Assembly: GCA_963764345.1 (NCBI GenBank)
Contig: CAVXSF010000009.1
Span: forward strand, 61,003 to 125,002
DNA from: an uncultured Bacteroidales bacterium
GTDB taxonomy: Bacteria; Bacteroidota; Bacteroidia; Bacteroidales; GCA-2748055
Direction of reading: 5' to 3'
DNA length: 64,000 nucleotides
A program made the translations under genes and the position numbers. Shown piece by piece: positions 52,420 to 64,000 of this stretch (the stretch's first letter is position 1; every line of letters starts with the position of its first letter). A model generated the notes under the pieces. It saw nothing but the letters and a program-made list of their open reading frames with translations, was not told the origin of the DNA and did no database searches.

Positions 52420-53235
52420 CTACTGTCTGCTACCAATATCCGTTTTTTCCAGGTTTATTTTCTCTCCGAAAAACATCCTGGCGATCACTTCAAAATAGTC
52501 TGTGCGGTCGGAGACATGGAACTCCCACTGTCCTTTCTGGGAAGTGTTCAGCAGGTGATTCGAGGACAACACTTTTTTCAGTTCTTCGGCCACGATGCGT
52601 GCAGAATCGATCACGTCAACATTGAAATTAAAGAACCGGCTGATCTGGTTCTTGATGATCGGATAATGTGTACAGCCCAGGATCAGGGAATCGATTTCGT
52701 CGAGTTCCGGTTTGGACAAATACGATCTGATGATGGCGTTGCTGATATCATCAAATATAAAACCTTCTTCGATCATAGGCACGAAAAGAGGCGTTGCCAG
52801 GGATGATATTTCGAGAGAAGGGCTGAGTTTTTCAAGTTTTCTGAGGTAAGCACCCGAACCGATGGTGGCCTTGGTTCCGATAATGCCTACGTGTTTCATC
52901 TCACGGTCCTGTGCCACATGGTGAACAACGGGATCGATAACATTCATTACCAAAGCCCGGTCTCCGACATGATCCCTGACTTCTTCAAACGCATTCGATG
53001 AAGCCGAATTACATGCGATAAGGATGACCTTGCAATCTTTCTGCAGCAGAAAATCGGATATATCAAGAGAATACCGGATGATGGTTTCTTTGGATTTATC
53101 CCCGTAAGGAAGGTGGGCTGTATCGCCAAAATAGATCATATTCTCCCCCGGCAGAAGGGTTCTGATTGCTGCTGCCACAGTGAGTCCGCCTACACCTGAG
53201 TCAAATAATCCTATGGCTGATGATGAATTGTTCAT
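52420..53235 (-). CDS. murI: Glutamate racemase
   Basis: FDSGVGGLTV, GDTAH.PYG.KS, IACNSAS, LGCTHYP. Confidence 0.95.
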   Translation of the reverse strand: MNNSSSAIGLFDSGVGGLTVAAAIRTLLPGENMIYFGDTAHLPYGDKSKETIIRYSLDISDFLLQKDCKVILIACNSASSNAFEEVRDHVGDRALVMNVIDPVVHHVAQDREMKHVGIIGTKATIGSGAYLRKLEKLSPSLEISSLATPLFVPMIEEGFIFDDISNAIIRSYLSKPELDEIDSLILGCTHYPIIKNQISRFFNFNVDVIDSARIVAEELKKVLSSNHLLNTSQKGQWEFHVSDRTDYFEVIARMFFGEKINLEKTDIGSRQ

Positions 53236-53244
53236 GGGAAAACC

Positions 53245-53283
53245 AAAAAAGAAGACCATTCTGATTTATCAAAATGGCCTCCC
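53245..53283 (-). terminator. Intrinsic terminator between ompH and murI
   Basis: Minus strand GGAGGCCATTTTGAT-AA-ATCAGAATGGTCTTC followed by TTTTTT. Confidence 0.7.
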
Positions 53284-53303
53284 GTGGTATCATGTATTAT
53301 AAA

Positions 53304-53820
53304 TTATTGTATGCCTAACTTTTCTTTGACCATCGGACCGACATCAATACTCTTATCGGAGGTATAGATCGGGTTTCGTCCGCTGATATCAAAAACATAG
53401 ATCAGGTCCATTTGCTTGGCAACAGCAGGCGATGGCCGTCTGAAGTTTATCCATCACGCCTTCCAGGAGATTACCCTGAAGTGCCTGGAGCTTTTGGTTA
53501 GCCTGGGTCTGAAAATTCTGAAGTCTTTGCTGCATGCTTTGCAATTCGGAATACATGCTTTCAAGGATCAGTGAGTCAAGCGTATTTTGTTGCTCGGCAA
53601 TATCGTTATATTTTTTATTGACTTCCACCTGCATCTTTTCAGTCTGCAGGTCATATTTATTTTTAACCTTATTCAGACTATCGACAGCCTTTTGATATTC
53701 GGGCATCAGGACCACGATATCCTGGGCTGAAATGTGACCGAATTTATAATTCTGTGCATTGATTGCAGATGTGGAAAAAAGAAATCCAACAATAAGAAGA
53801 ACGTTTACCAGTCTTTTCAT
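53304..53820 (-). CDS. skp: OmpH/Skp periplasmic chaperone; +1 frameshift near 53430
   Basis: AQ.YKFGHI...MPEY, Gln-rich coiled coil; shifted frame gives AVAKQMDLIYVFD...IDVGPMVKEKLGIQ. Confidence 0.88.
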
Positions 53821-53858
53821 TATTAAGTATTTAAAAAAATTTGTACAAATGTAATTAA

Positions 53859-54374
53859 TTAATTCTTATATCCTAATTTTTCCAATACTTCATCACTCTT
53901 ATTGTAGCGGGCATTCTCGTAGAGAATTGTAGCCCCCGCAGCGGTATCAAAAATGACAGCATACCCACCTTCGAGAGCGAGTTCTTTTACGGCTTTATAA
54001 ACTTCATCCTGGATAGGCTTGATCAGTTCTTCCCTTTTCTGAAAGATGGTGCCTTCAGGTCCGAAATACTTTTTCTGAAGATCCTTGATTGCCTTTTCCT
54101 TGCTTACAATTTCATCTTCCTTTTTATTTCTCTGCTCTTCAGTCATCAGGACTTTCTCATTCTGAAAACTCTTGTACAGCTTATCCACTTCAGCATACTG
54201 ATCACTGATCTCCTGTTCGTACTCTTTGGAGAGTTTGTCAATCTGATCCTGTGCTGCTTTATATGAAGGTATTCTGTCCAGGATATATTCAGTATCGACA
54301 AAGGCGAATTTTTGAGCAAATCCGGCGCCTGCGAATACAAAGAGGACAAGGAATGGTAATAGGATCTTTTTCAT
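53859..54374 (-). CDS. skp: OmpH/Skp periplasmic chaperone
   Basis: AQKFAFVDTEYIL..IP.Y, FGPEG, L.KPIQD, SDEVL.KLGY. Confidence 0.93.
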   Translation of the reverse strand: MKKILLPFLVLFVFAGAGFAQKFAFVDTEYILDRIPSYKAAQDQIDKLSKEYEQEISDQYAEVDKLYKSFQNEKVLMTEEQRNKKEDEIVSKEKAIKDLQKKYFGPEGTIFQKREELIKPIQDEVYKAVKELALEGGYAVIFDTAAGATILYENARYNKSDEVLEKLGYKN

Positions 54375-54399
54375 GGTTTTAAATATTTATGTTATGACT

Positions 54400-56903
54400 T
54401 TAAAACTGCTGTCCGATGGTAAAATGGAACTGTCCTTTGTTGGCACTCGGTTGTCCGGGAATGACATCAAAGCCGTAGCCCCAGTCGATCCCAAGCAGGC
54501 CGAACATCGGAAGGAAGGCTCTCAGACCAACCCCTGCCGAACGTTTGATCAGGAAAGGGTTAAAGTCGTTGATCGAATACCATGCATTTCCACCTTCCAG
54601 AAATACCAGTCCGAAAATGGTTGCCGAGGGATTCAGTGAGAACGGATACCGCAATTCGATCGTGTATTTATTATAAACATTACCCGATTTGTTTCCGCCC
54701 ACAATTGGTGTGAGACTCCCGTTTTCATACCCTCTCAACCCGATCGTTTCTCTTCCGTAAAGGTTGTATCCGGTAAGTCCGTCACCCCCGACATCAAATC
54801 CTTCGAAGGGAGAAGGACCGATATTTTTATTATAATATCCCAGGTAACCAAAATGTGCACGGGTGTACAATACCAAATTCCCTGCCAAACTCATATACCA
54901 GTCGGCTTTGAATTTCCATTTATGGTATTCTATCCATCGGTACCGCTCCTGATCGGTGATACCAGGCTTACTGTAATCTTTACCGCTGATCAGTGAATAT
55001 GGCGGTGTAACCTGCAGGCTCAGGCTGAAGGATGAACCATTACGGGGATAGATGGGCTGGCTGACAGAGTTCCTTCCGAACGTTGTAGTGAAACTCAGGT
55101 TATGTGATGTACCGTTGGAGAAGAGGAAATAACCGACATAGTCTTTCAGTTTATAGCGCTGATAGCTGAGCTCGTTATACAGGGTAAAGAAATCATCCGG
55201 CCAGTTCAGACGTCTTCCCAATCCGATTGCCGCCCCGGAAATTTTAATATACTGGTCGGGTACATTTTTGTTATCGCTAAGATAACTGTAATAGGAGTTG
55301 TTCATGATGGTATGGAAGAGCGAAACGCGAGAAGGAATTTGGTTTTTTTCCTCCAAACCACGGTTCGATAAAGGACATATTATAGGCCTGGTAGTATTTT
55401 CCATTAGACTGGGCCCGGATAGAAAGTGTTTGTCCGTCACCCGAAGGTACCGGCCGCCACATTTTCCATTTAAAAAAGTTACGGATAGCGAAGTTGGAGA
55501 ACTTCAGACCGACCGTTCCCACGAGCATTCCCATACCCCAGCCACCGGAGACTTCAAGCTGATCGTTGGCTTTTTCCACCAGGGAATACTTCAGGTCGAC
55601 CGTCCCTTCAAGCTGGTTTGGAATCGGTTCCGGATTGATCTGCTCCGGATCGAAATGACCCAGTTGAGCCAGTTCCCTGACAGACCGGATGATGTCTTCC
55701 TTACTGAACAGATCCCCCGGCTTGGTTCTCAACTCACGGCGAACTACATGTTCATTGGTTTTTGTATTCCCTTCGATGATCACCCTGTTGATGGTTGCCT
55801 GTTTGCCTTCACGGATCCTCATTTCAAAGTCGATCGTATCGTGCTGGACGCGGACTTCCACAGGGTCACAGCTGTAGAACAGGTACCCGTGATCGAGGTA
55901 GAGTGAGTTTACGGCATCTTCATCGGTCTGGAGCCGTTTATCGAAAAGCTCCTGATCGAATACATCACCCTTCTTGATACCGAGCACCCGCGACAGGTAC
56001 TCACCCGGATAAATCGTGTTTCCAATCCAGGTAATGTCTCCGAAATAATATTTGTCACCTTCCTCCAGGAAAATATCCAGTCGTATCCGTTTATCCGACA
56101 CCACTGAAATGGAATCCCGGAGGATCTGGGCGTCGCGGTATCCGTTTTTATTGTAAAAATCAATAAGTTTTTCTTTATCTGCGATATAATCATCCTTCAC
56201 AAGTTTCGATGATTTGAAAAAATTCAAATCTCTCCTGTGGGTTTTCTTCATAACCCGCCGCAGGCGCTTATCGGGAAAAACCTGGTTGCCATGAAAAAAG
56301 ATATCGTCAATTTTAACCCGGTCGTTTTTATCCACATCAACATTTAAGTTTCACCATATTCTCTCTCACGGAATCCTGCTTAACATCGATCTTCACTGTG
56401 GTATTCAGGAATCCCTTTTCGACGAAATGATCCTTGACCAGCCGTGTTATAGTATTCAGAAGGTCGTCTGTTACCTGGCTTCCAACCCTTACATCCAGCT
56501 TCTCTTTAAGATCGTCGGATTCCGACTTGTTGACACCGTGGATCACAAAACCCGACATCCGGGGTCTTTCCTTCAGGTAAATATTCAGCCATATCTTCCC
56601 GCCTTCAATTTTAGTGGCATAGAGCTTGACATCGGAGAAAAGACCATGATCCCACAATTTTTTAACCACTTTGGTGACCACATCGCCGGGGACGGTTATT
56701 TTTTCGCCTACCGCCAGGCCCGTAAAGCTGATCAGGGCATCTTTCTGAAGGAATTCGACGCCGGTAATGGTGATTTCAGCGATTTCATATTCTTTGGGTG
56801 ATGAATAATCCATCACCCGAAGGGAATCTATGTTGATATTCTGGGCACCGGCAAGGACAGAGGTTAATAGAGCAAGGAATAGGAGAATATTTCTGCGGAT
56901 CAT
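54400..56903 (-). CDS. bamA: Outer membrane protein assembly factor BamA; +1 frameshifts near 56345 and 55327
   Basis: POTRA repeats (GN.KT.E.V.RRE), barrel with LRGY, ELRYP, G.G.R, C-terminal FHFTIGQQF. Confidence 0.93.
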
Positions 56904-56913
56904 GTGTTTTTAC

Positions 56914-57670
56914 TTAATTAACGGATTCACTTTTTACCTGAGAGCTGATCTTCCCAAAGCGTCTTTCTCTTTTTTGAAAATCAACGATAGCATCAAAAAA
57001 ATCTTTTTTCCGAAAGTCAGGCCAGAGAATGTCTGTAAAATATAATTCAGTATAGGCAATCTGCCACAGGAGAAAATTACTGATTCTGTATTCCCCGCTG
57101 GTGCGGATCAGAAGCTCCGGATCAGGAATATCGGAAGTATACAAATAGTTTACAAATACATCACAGGATAACTCTTCCATGCTTAATTTTTGATTTGCTA
57201 ATATCATCTGCAATTTTCCGCACGGCCTCAAGGATTTCCCACCGGCCGCTGTAACTGAGAGCCAGAATGAGAATCAGTCCTGTATTATGCGAGGTCTCAT
57301 CGATTGCATTTCTCAGTTCTTCAAAAACTTTCGGAGGGAGACTTTTCATGTCGCCGATAGCTTGTAAACGTACATTGTTTTTGTTTAGTGTGTCCATCTC
57401 TCCCCTGATGGTCTGAACCAGCAATGCCATGAGAGCATCAATTTCCTCACGGGGCCGGTTCCAGTTCTCGGTAGAGAATGCATAAAGGGTAAGATATGCT
57501 ATTCCCAGTTCAGCAGCAGCCTCCACGGTCTCTCTCACAGCTACAACTCCGCTCCGGTGGCCGAAAATCCTCTTGTTTCCGTGCTGTTGCGCCCATCTCC
57601 CGTTACCATCCATGATAACAGCAACATGAAGCGGTAGCTTTTCTTTGTTTATGTTTTGTATTGTTGCCAT
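56914..57670 (-). CDS. uppS: Undecaprenyl diphosphate synthase; +1 frameshift near 57190
   Basis: HVAVIMDGNGRWA, YAFSTENW.RP, LSYSGR, LIRTSGE.RISNFLLWQ.AY, RERRFG. Confidence 0.95.
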
Positions 57671-57679
57671 ACTCGTACT

Positions 57680-58367
57680 CTATTCGTAAGTCGGACATTC
57701 AACCCTGTTAAAGATCTTATAGGTAATGAAGACACCTGCAAAGTTATACCAGTCTTTGTTACCGACCAAATAATGCTGATTCTCTGTGCCAATATTTTGC
57801 AACGCCATCGATCCTGTCATTATAGGTTTTCCTGGGCGACCATTCGACACCGGCACTCAAACGCTTGCCTGCATTGAATTTGAAGCCCAACGAAAACGGT
57901 ATGGTAAAGTGACTGCGCGGGTTGATACCTGTGGAGGTATTTGATGACAGGACGATATTATACCCGGGACCACCGGCAACATAAAGTGTATATTTTGTTT
58001 TCCGGTTGGCTGTCTGATAAGGTATAAAATTAAACTCATACATCGCGGCGAGGTCAATATAACTTCCGGAAAAGGAAGCTCCACGGGCAAGTTGATAGGG
58101 ATCGGAAAAATCCTGATCATTTCCCCTGAGCTGATGGTAGATCCCGGATAACCGCACCGCTGTGCGGGGATTGAAATTGTAACGGTATATCGGACCGATC
58201 GCGATTGAAGGAGCGTAGAACTGACGGTTGGTGTTGATATCCCCCATATAGTAGGAAACTCCGGCAAAGATACCGATATCTGATTTACGCTGCGCATCTG
58301 CACGCCGGCCAGGGAAAAAGAACAGGATGATCAGAAGAAACGAAAGCCGGAACGACATTTTCCTCAT
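57680..58367 (-). CDS. DUF6089 / PorG-like outer membrane beta-barrel; +1 frameshift near 57797
   Basis: Signal peptide, G.SYY.GD, YRYN.NPR, EFNF, IPF..G.K; shifted frame gives NKDWYNFAGVFITYKIF...CPTYE; directly upstream of uppS. Confidence 0.8.
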
Positions 58368-58368
58368 T

Positions 58369-59142
58369 TTACCTCCGGCGGTAATAGGGATTCCGCAGCA
58401 TAGGCCTGCCATTCCGGTCCGTCCTGACTTTATAGATGGCACTAAGGATCCCGAAGTAGTATGTGTCCTTATGTTTGGAAAATGCTGAAGTATATCCATC
58501 AATGTAATCCGTTGTTGTAAATCTCCTACCTAATTCTAAACCGAGTGACCATCTGGCATCAATAGAGTATTTAATTCCTGCCCCGACAGGGAAAGCGGCA
58601 CCAAACTTACTAAAATTATCTACAAATCTGGTTTTAAAGTTATCCAGAGGTTTTGGATTGAAAAATACACCACCGACGCCACCGAAAATATAGGCGTAAA
58701 ACTTCGTGTAATTATTGATCATTCCTCTGCGGGTAAACAACGCTGCCGATGAATACCCCCTGGCCTCAGGTATTATGTAGTATTCAAACTGCAAAGTGGG
58801 CTCAAAAATTGTGGAATGAAAGGCAAAATTTCTTGCATCGTTCCGTGAATTCAGGTCATTGCCTGCAACAGTCCCAAATATCATATTAAATTTAACCGCC
58901 ATATTGCCGGTCAGTTTGTATCGCAGACCCAGGTCGATGGCCGGACGGGTATATTGCAACTGGATATCCCTAAAGCCCAACAGATTGTTTTTATCGGATG
59001 TACCTCCGATATCTCCGAAAAAATTAGAGGTCCCTGCTCCGAAAATGGCTTCATATCTTCTCAGTTTCCATCGTTGTGCCTGGGTAACACCAGGGAGAAT
59101 AACGAGTAAAACAAGAAGTACTATTGCCCGTGCATTATTCAT
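58369..59142 (-). CDS. DUF6089 / PorG-like outer membrane beta-barrel (paralog)
   Basis: Signal peptide, G.SNFFGDIGG, RN..F.S.I.E, P.G.G.KY, TDYIDG, D.YYF. Confidence 0.8.
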   Translation of the reverse strand: MNNARAIVLLVLLVILPGVTQAQRWKLRRYEAIFGAGTSNFFGDIGGTSDKNNLLGFRDIQLQYTRPAIDLGLRYKLTGNMAVKFNMIFGTVAGNDLNSRNDARNFAFHSTIFEPTLQFEYYIIPEARGYSSAALFTRRGMINNYTKFYAYIFGGVGGVFFNPKPLDNFKTRFVDNFSKFGAAFPVGAGIKYSIDARWSLGLELGRRFTTTDYIDGYTSAFSKHKDTYYFGILSAIYKVRTDRNGRPMLRNPYYRRR

Positions 59143-59164
59143 GTATCTACTAATAAATGAATTA

Positions 59165-59172
59165 CAAATGTA
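59165..59172 (-). promoter_or_regulatory. Candidate sigma-A -7 element (TACATTTG) for the DUF6089-uppS-bamA operon
   Basis: TAnnTTTG match about 22 nt upstream of ATG 59142; the same octamer occurs at 53846-53853 before the second ompH. Confidence 0.45.
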
Positions 59173-59294
59173 AAAATTAATCTGAAAAAACACCTCATTT
59201 GAAGGATATTCCCTTCAATTTTTATCCGTTGAAGAATATACGGAATATTTTTATCAAGGATTGGTTTAAACGAACTTTTTTCCCTGTGCGATTC

Positions 59295-59333
59295 AAAAAA
59301 GAAAAAAAGGCCGCCCTTTTCAGGCAGCCTTTT
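59295..59333 (-). terminator. Intrinsic terminator after the T9SS cargo gene
   Basis: Minus strand AAAAGGCTGCC-TGAAAAG-GGCGGCCTTTT followed by TTTCTTTTTT. Confidence 0.78.
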
Positions 59334-59356
59334 CAGTATTCAGTCACTGATCAGAT

Positions 59357-62300
59357 CTATTGTTTTATAAACCTGAACACTTCTGTTTTCCCTGCCGATT
59401 CCACGGTTACAAAGTAGACACCGTTCGCCAGGTCAGAGGTATGAAGCATGATTCTGGTATCATCCATCCTGGTTCTCCTGACCACAGATCCCTGGACATT
59501 CCTGATGGTGAGTTCAGCGTTGGTGAACTCGGGGAATTCAACGATCATGTAATCGGTAACCGGATTGGGATAGTATTTCAGGCCGGGATTATTCACGTCC
59601 TCAACAAGGGTACGCACGTTAATGACGGAAATGGTAATCTCGTCGTAAACGCCTGAATTGTCCTTAGCCGTAGCCCTGATCTTAACAGTTCCGTTCTGGC
59701 TCGTAGGCTGTCAACAGTTAGGTTAAGTGAAGCGGACAGAAAGGCATGTGCAGAATTCTCAACAATTTTCACATCGGCTACCGGATAGAAAGCATCGTCA
59801 GGAGTGTAGGAATAGGTCAGTTTCTCACGTCCCTTGATGCCATCGATAGTCGTATTACCATCGGTGGTCGTCAGGCTGAGGCTCTCAACCTTCCTGTACT
59901 CGAACTGACCGAGTTCAGGCATTGGATCCCAGGTTTTTGCACCTGCCTTGAAAGAGATAAACACTGCACTGCACTTCGGTACCTTGATCAGCATGCCGTC
60001 GGTGATCGTCGTATCCTTTTCGGAAACAGTTGCATCAGCCGAATTGTAAGAGGCTCCGGTTACGATAACCATCCTGCCATTCGAAATCGTCCCGATATCA
60101 TCGGGAAGGTCAAGGCTGACGATATAATCGTGCTCGAAATCACGGCTGAACAAAACAACACCATACTGATCATCATTATTATAGGCGTGAATTCCTACAC
60201 TCGGAAGATTGATGTCATTGCCATTGTCATTTTGAATCATGTCGACAGACTGGAAATCGGTCTTCAGCACCACACCTTTTCCTGCGAGTTGGTTATAGTA
60301 TTGTACCATATAGTAAAGCGGGCGCTTGTTCAGCGTGATCTGGTTATCGAGCAGACGCCACTGACCGCCTTCGAGAGCGAATACATCGGGAACCGTAACA
60401 CCGTTCTCGAGAACCGAAGCATAATAATCGGCGAAGGACACAGCCTGGCCAAGCGTACCATGATAGGCATCCTGTGTCAGGTTTCCTTCATACATGTACA
60501 TGGGTACCTTGCGGCTCATATTCTTGAACATATCCTTGATAGATATTGCTAAGCCCGTCAAGATTCTGCTTAAACACTGCATAGGAGTTCTTGTGATAGT
60601 CGAGCTGTGATTCTCCCGGATCAATAGCCGGATCATAATTCAGGTTACCGCCAAGATAACCACTGATATCCAGCATATCCATTTCTCCGTCATCACCTTT
60701 GAACAGCGATTCGTGCAGGCCGTAATTATCAGCCGGACTTCTTCCGCTGAAACTGACAAACATTTTATCAGGATTGAAATAGGGAGAAGCCTTGAGCTGC
60801 TCGGTGGTCATTTTACGTGCCCACAGAGCGTAATTAATATAATCCTTGGTTTCGCTGCCAAAGGCATCGGCACCATGTGCGCTGAATCCCCATACTTCAT
60901 TACCCATTTCAATGATAATGCCATTCAGGGTTTTGTCGAAAGGTTGTGTATACCCTTCTGCAATCCTCATATCACCGTACGTCGTGCCTGCAGGTCCTGC
61001 CAGGTATTCCATAAATTTGGAAAAGGTTCGCAGGATCTTTCTTCCAGTCGGTAGCGGAATTTACACCGCAGGTAAGCTGTACATATCCTCCGTAAAGCGA
61101 ACTCAGGTAAGCAAAGTCACCCAGGGTCATCTTGTTTTTCTGATAAGCACCTACCGAAAGGTTGAAATCTTCTGAGTTGGCACCGATGCCTCCCCAGCGG
61201 ATCCCTGCAGGCTGAAGATCGTCAAGGATCTGCATACCAACCTTGGTGAATTTGCTGCCCGGATTATACCATTCTTTAACATGCAGCTGGATGTCATCGA
61301 GGTAGACTACGCCAAGCTTGTTAAATCCGAATTCGATATTCCAGCTTTGTGATGCATCCAGGATGCCCGGGAATTCAACTTCGTATTCCTTCCACTCATT
61401 GGTGAGTGTAACGGATCCGGTATAGGCATTTACCACACCACCGATATCACGGTATACCCTGAGATTGAATGCACCGCCGTCGTAACCCGTTCCGGCTTTG
61501 GCTGCAAAACGGAGCAGGTAATGATATGTCGGAGACATGACAATACCGGCTGTACAACGGAACCAGTCGCCTGGACCCACTTCCATGCGGGCCGATTTCT
61601 TACCCTGGTATACATCCGTGGTCTCTGCATAGAAGGTAACACCACCTGATTTTGTTTTCCCGACATTTGCCAGGTCGGTGGCCGTTGCATTATCCTTATA
61701 GGAAGGATCCTCAAAGCTGTTGTACGATACCTTGTTCGAAAGGAAAATGGAATTCATACCGTAATCCCCTTCAATTGCAAATCCGGTAGCCTTCGCCACA
61801 GGGTCGAATGTCACGGTTGCCTTTCCAACATAAGCATCCTCATTCGGATCGTCCCAGGCGAAGGCGTTGGTCGTCTGAGATACTGCAGAGCTGAGAGGTG
61901 ACTCATTCAGTGCGGCATCCAGAGCGCTGACCTGTATGGAATAGCCTGTACTCTGATCCAGCTCATGGATCTTATAGGAAGTACCGATGATCGCACCGTC
62001 GTTAACTTTTTCTCCGTTAACATAAACATTATATCCGAAAACCTCGGTTTCTGCATCCGTGGCAGCATCCCATGACAGGCTGATACTGAATGTGGTTGCC
62101 TCTGTAACCGCAAGGTTTTCAGGCGTTGTCGGAGGATTGTCATCACTTCCCCATGTGGTGAAGCTGAGGATATTCGAAGGCATGGAGAAATTCTGCAGGG
62201 CATCCTGCGCCAACACAAATACATCATATTTGGTATCCGGATCGAGTCCTTCAATCAGCAGTGATGTGCCGGTCAGAAGTTCCTGGTTATAAAGTTTACC

Positions 62301-64000
62301 ATTGACGTAAACATTATAACCTTTCACCTTCATATTATCGGTAGCAGCATCCCATTCAACGAGAGCCTTTGTGGAACCCTTGGCATTGATGCGAAGGTTG
62401 GCGGCAGGCTGGGGTGCTTCCAAATCAAGCTGGGTGAACAGGTAGGGTGTGCCAATGATCACTTTACTGCTCAGCCCTGGATAGATCCACTCCAGCGTCA
62501 GGAAATAATCGTTGACGATTTCCTTATGGAAAGCCTCAAAGTAATAGGCCTGGCCGGCTTCAAGATGGATGAATGCGGAAGCCTGTCCGGTACGGGCGGT
62601 ATCGTATCAACGGGAAGACCATCCCTTGTACTGTTTGTACTCAGGAAGAACGCTCCTTCACCTTCGCCTTCAGTGGTGGAGTAAAATTTATAATCACCCG
62701 TCACCGGTGCGATTATATAACCCCACATTTTACCCCAGAAGAAGTCTTCTTTACATAGATCGTGCACATCCGCTGCTTTGCAATATTACCGGATAGCCAT
62801 CTTTAAAGACCGGATCCTGCTTGTACGGGAAATTCTGCCAATGGGCAACCTGTGTAGCTCCGTAATAGCATCCGAAGGTATTGTATGTTCCCAACGGAAT
62901 GTCGAAGGTAATTTCGAACGCAGGATTTCCTGCGGCCTTGTCAACTTCATCGAGGCAGCTTAGTGTGAGCGAAGCGTTCCCGGTGAGTCCCTCATCGCGG
63001 AAATATACAAGTGCATAGGTATCTCCGGCATGATAAACAATGGAGTCAACCAAAATCATGTCGGGAGAGTTATTCACATAGTCGAAGAAAATATTCTGTT
63101 CTACGTCAGCATCCCCGTCATCAACGTTGGGAATGATCACAATATGTTCAGTGCCCTGACCAACATTGATATGGTTAAAACCGGGCATTCCGAAGGTAGC
63201 TACGTCATTGACCCCCGGGGTAGCATCACGGAATTCGGCCATGAACTGAATCGTATCGGCATCTTCTTCATCTGAATAAACCATGCCATGGTCATCTTTA
63301 ACGATTACGGTAATCATGGCCGGGCCGTTTGAAGAAGCAGTATAATTTACTGTGGCTGTTGATGAAGTGCCATCGTAATCTACGGATATGTCGCCATCGG
63401 CAATAACAGCCTGGTTACTGCTGGTAGCGGTGATCGTCATATTCTCGTCACGTTCCGGGTTACCGTCCGTTATCCCGCTGAGATTAACGGTCTGGACACC
63501 ATCGCTGATATATGCCCAGTGTGGGGTCGTTACCGGATCTACGGTTGGACTCTGGTTTGGATACGCATCGATACCGGTTCTGAAATCATCGATCCTTACA
63601 TCGGTGCGGACCTGGTTAATGGTACGGTCAACGCCCATGATCAGGTATTTAACCTGGAATGGATTGACACTTTTCCAGTCGGCAGAGAAATCCCAGATCG
63701 CTTCATGGAATTGTCCGTCAGCCGGTACAGGGATGAACTTCGAGTTTGTCGACATGCTGAAATTACCATCACTCAGCGGTGCATTGACATCCTGGAGTTT
63801 GGCTTCGAATCTTGTCAGCGCCTCTGCACTCTTCACCCTGAAGCGAACGTAAGGTTTAACCAATCCCAGGTTAAGATCTTCCGGGAATGTAAACTGAATA
63901 TAATCGTTTACACTGGCATTCTTGGTGACCACCATATTTTCGTCGGTGGCATCCCGGCTGATCGTGAAAATATTTCCGGTGCCGGAATTGTTCCAGTTGC
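59357..64000 (-). CDS. Large T9SS-secreted multidomain glycoside hydrolase (cadherin/Ig-like, PA14, 2x FN3, CBM-like, GH51-like, Ig-like, CTD); 5' end probably outside the window; about five frameshifts
   Basis: C-terminal YPNPV...G.Y.V...FIK sorting domain; WDAATDN..V.GYNVY FN3 pair; GYIIAPVTGDYKF...LEAGQAYYFE PA14; P.GIRWGG, MEYL.G...T.YG.MR...G..QPF, EMGNEVWG. Confidence 0.82.

Noticed and set aside
53304-57670. Pseudogenes of ompH, bamA and uppS
   Set aside because: bamA and uppS are normally essential, all motifs are intact, and only single-base indels occur; assembly error is far more likely.
59746-60552. Long antisense ORFs (268 aa here, also 34363-34983 and 55298-55906)
   Set aside because: They are shadows of well-supported opposite-strand genes and show no recognisable motifs.
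61860-62400. Internal DNA repeat (GCAGCATCCCA, ACATTATA)
   Set aside because: Explained by the two tandem FN3 domains; not a CRISPR array or DGR repeat.
1-64000. CRISPR arrays, tRNA/rRNA genes, transposases, integrases and prophage genes
   Set aside because: None was recognised by eye; intergenic spaces are short and show no spaced direct repeats or cloverleaf motifs.

Overview
Core-genome stretch of a Bacteroidota (Bacteroidales-like) bacterium. The taxonomy is inferred from TAnnTTTG promoter motifs, type IX secretion genes and the porG-uppS-bamA-ompH-ompH-murI gene order. It encodes a rhomboid protease, gmhB, an AlgH/YqgE protein, a fused 2-oxoacid dehydrogenase E1, the full Na+-NQR operon with apbE and two small Cys-rich NqrM-like proteins, a T9SS plug-like protein, hldD, futalosine genes mqnB/mqnD, queD-folE, fabD and thrA-HAD-thrB-thrC. 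It also encodes a GH95, an esterase, an orphan lipoprotein, a ~1400-aa activator/reductase (PlsAR/Ger-like), a RAPP-leader plus TonB-dependent receptor, gdhA, two tandem receiver/PPDK-type dikinase proteins, korAB, a gamma-CA, the bam/upp cluster and a large T9SS-secreted GH51-like enzyme. About 16 small frameshifts, mostly +1, hit genes that include normally essential ones, so they are treated as sequencing errors and genes are reported as reconstructed spans. The best candidate for an undescribed system is the pair of PPDK-like proteins (ATP-grasp plus His domain) that lack a pyruvate domain but carry an intact phospho-acceptor receiver, lying between korAB and gdhA. No rRNA, tRNA, CRISPR array or transposase was seen. 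All calls come from motif recognition by eye; no database searches were run.
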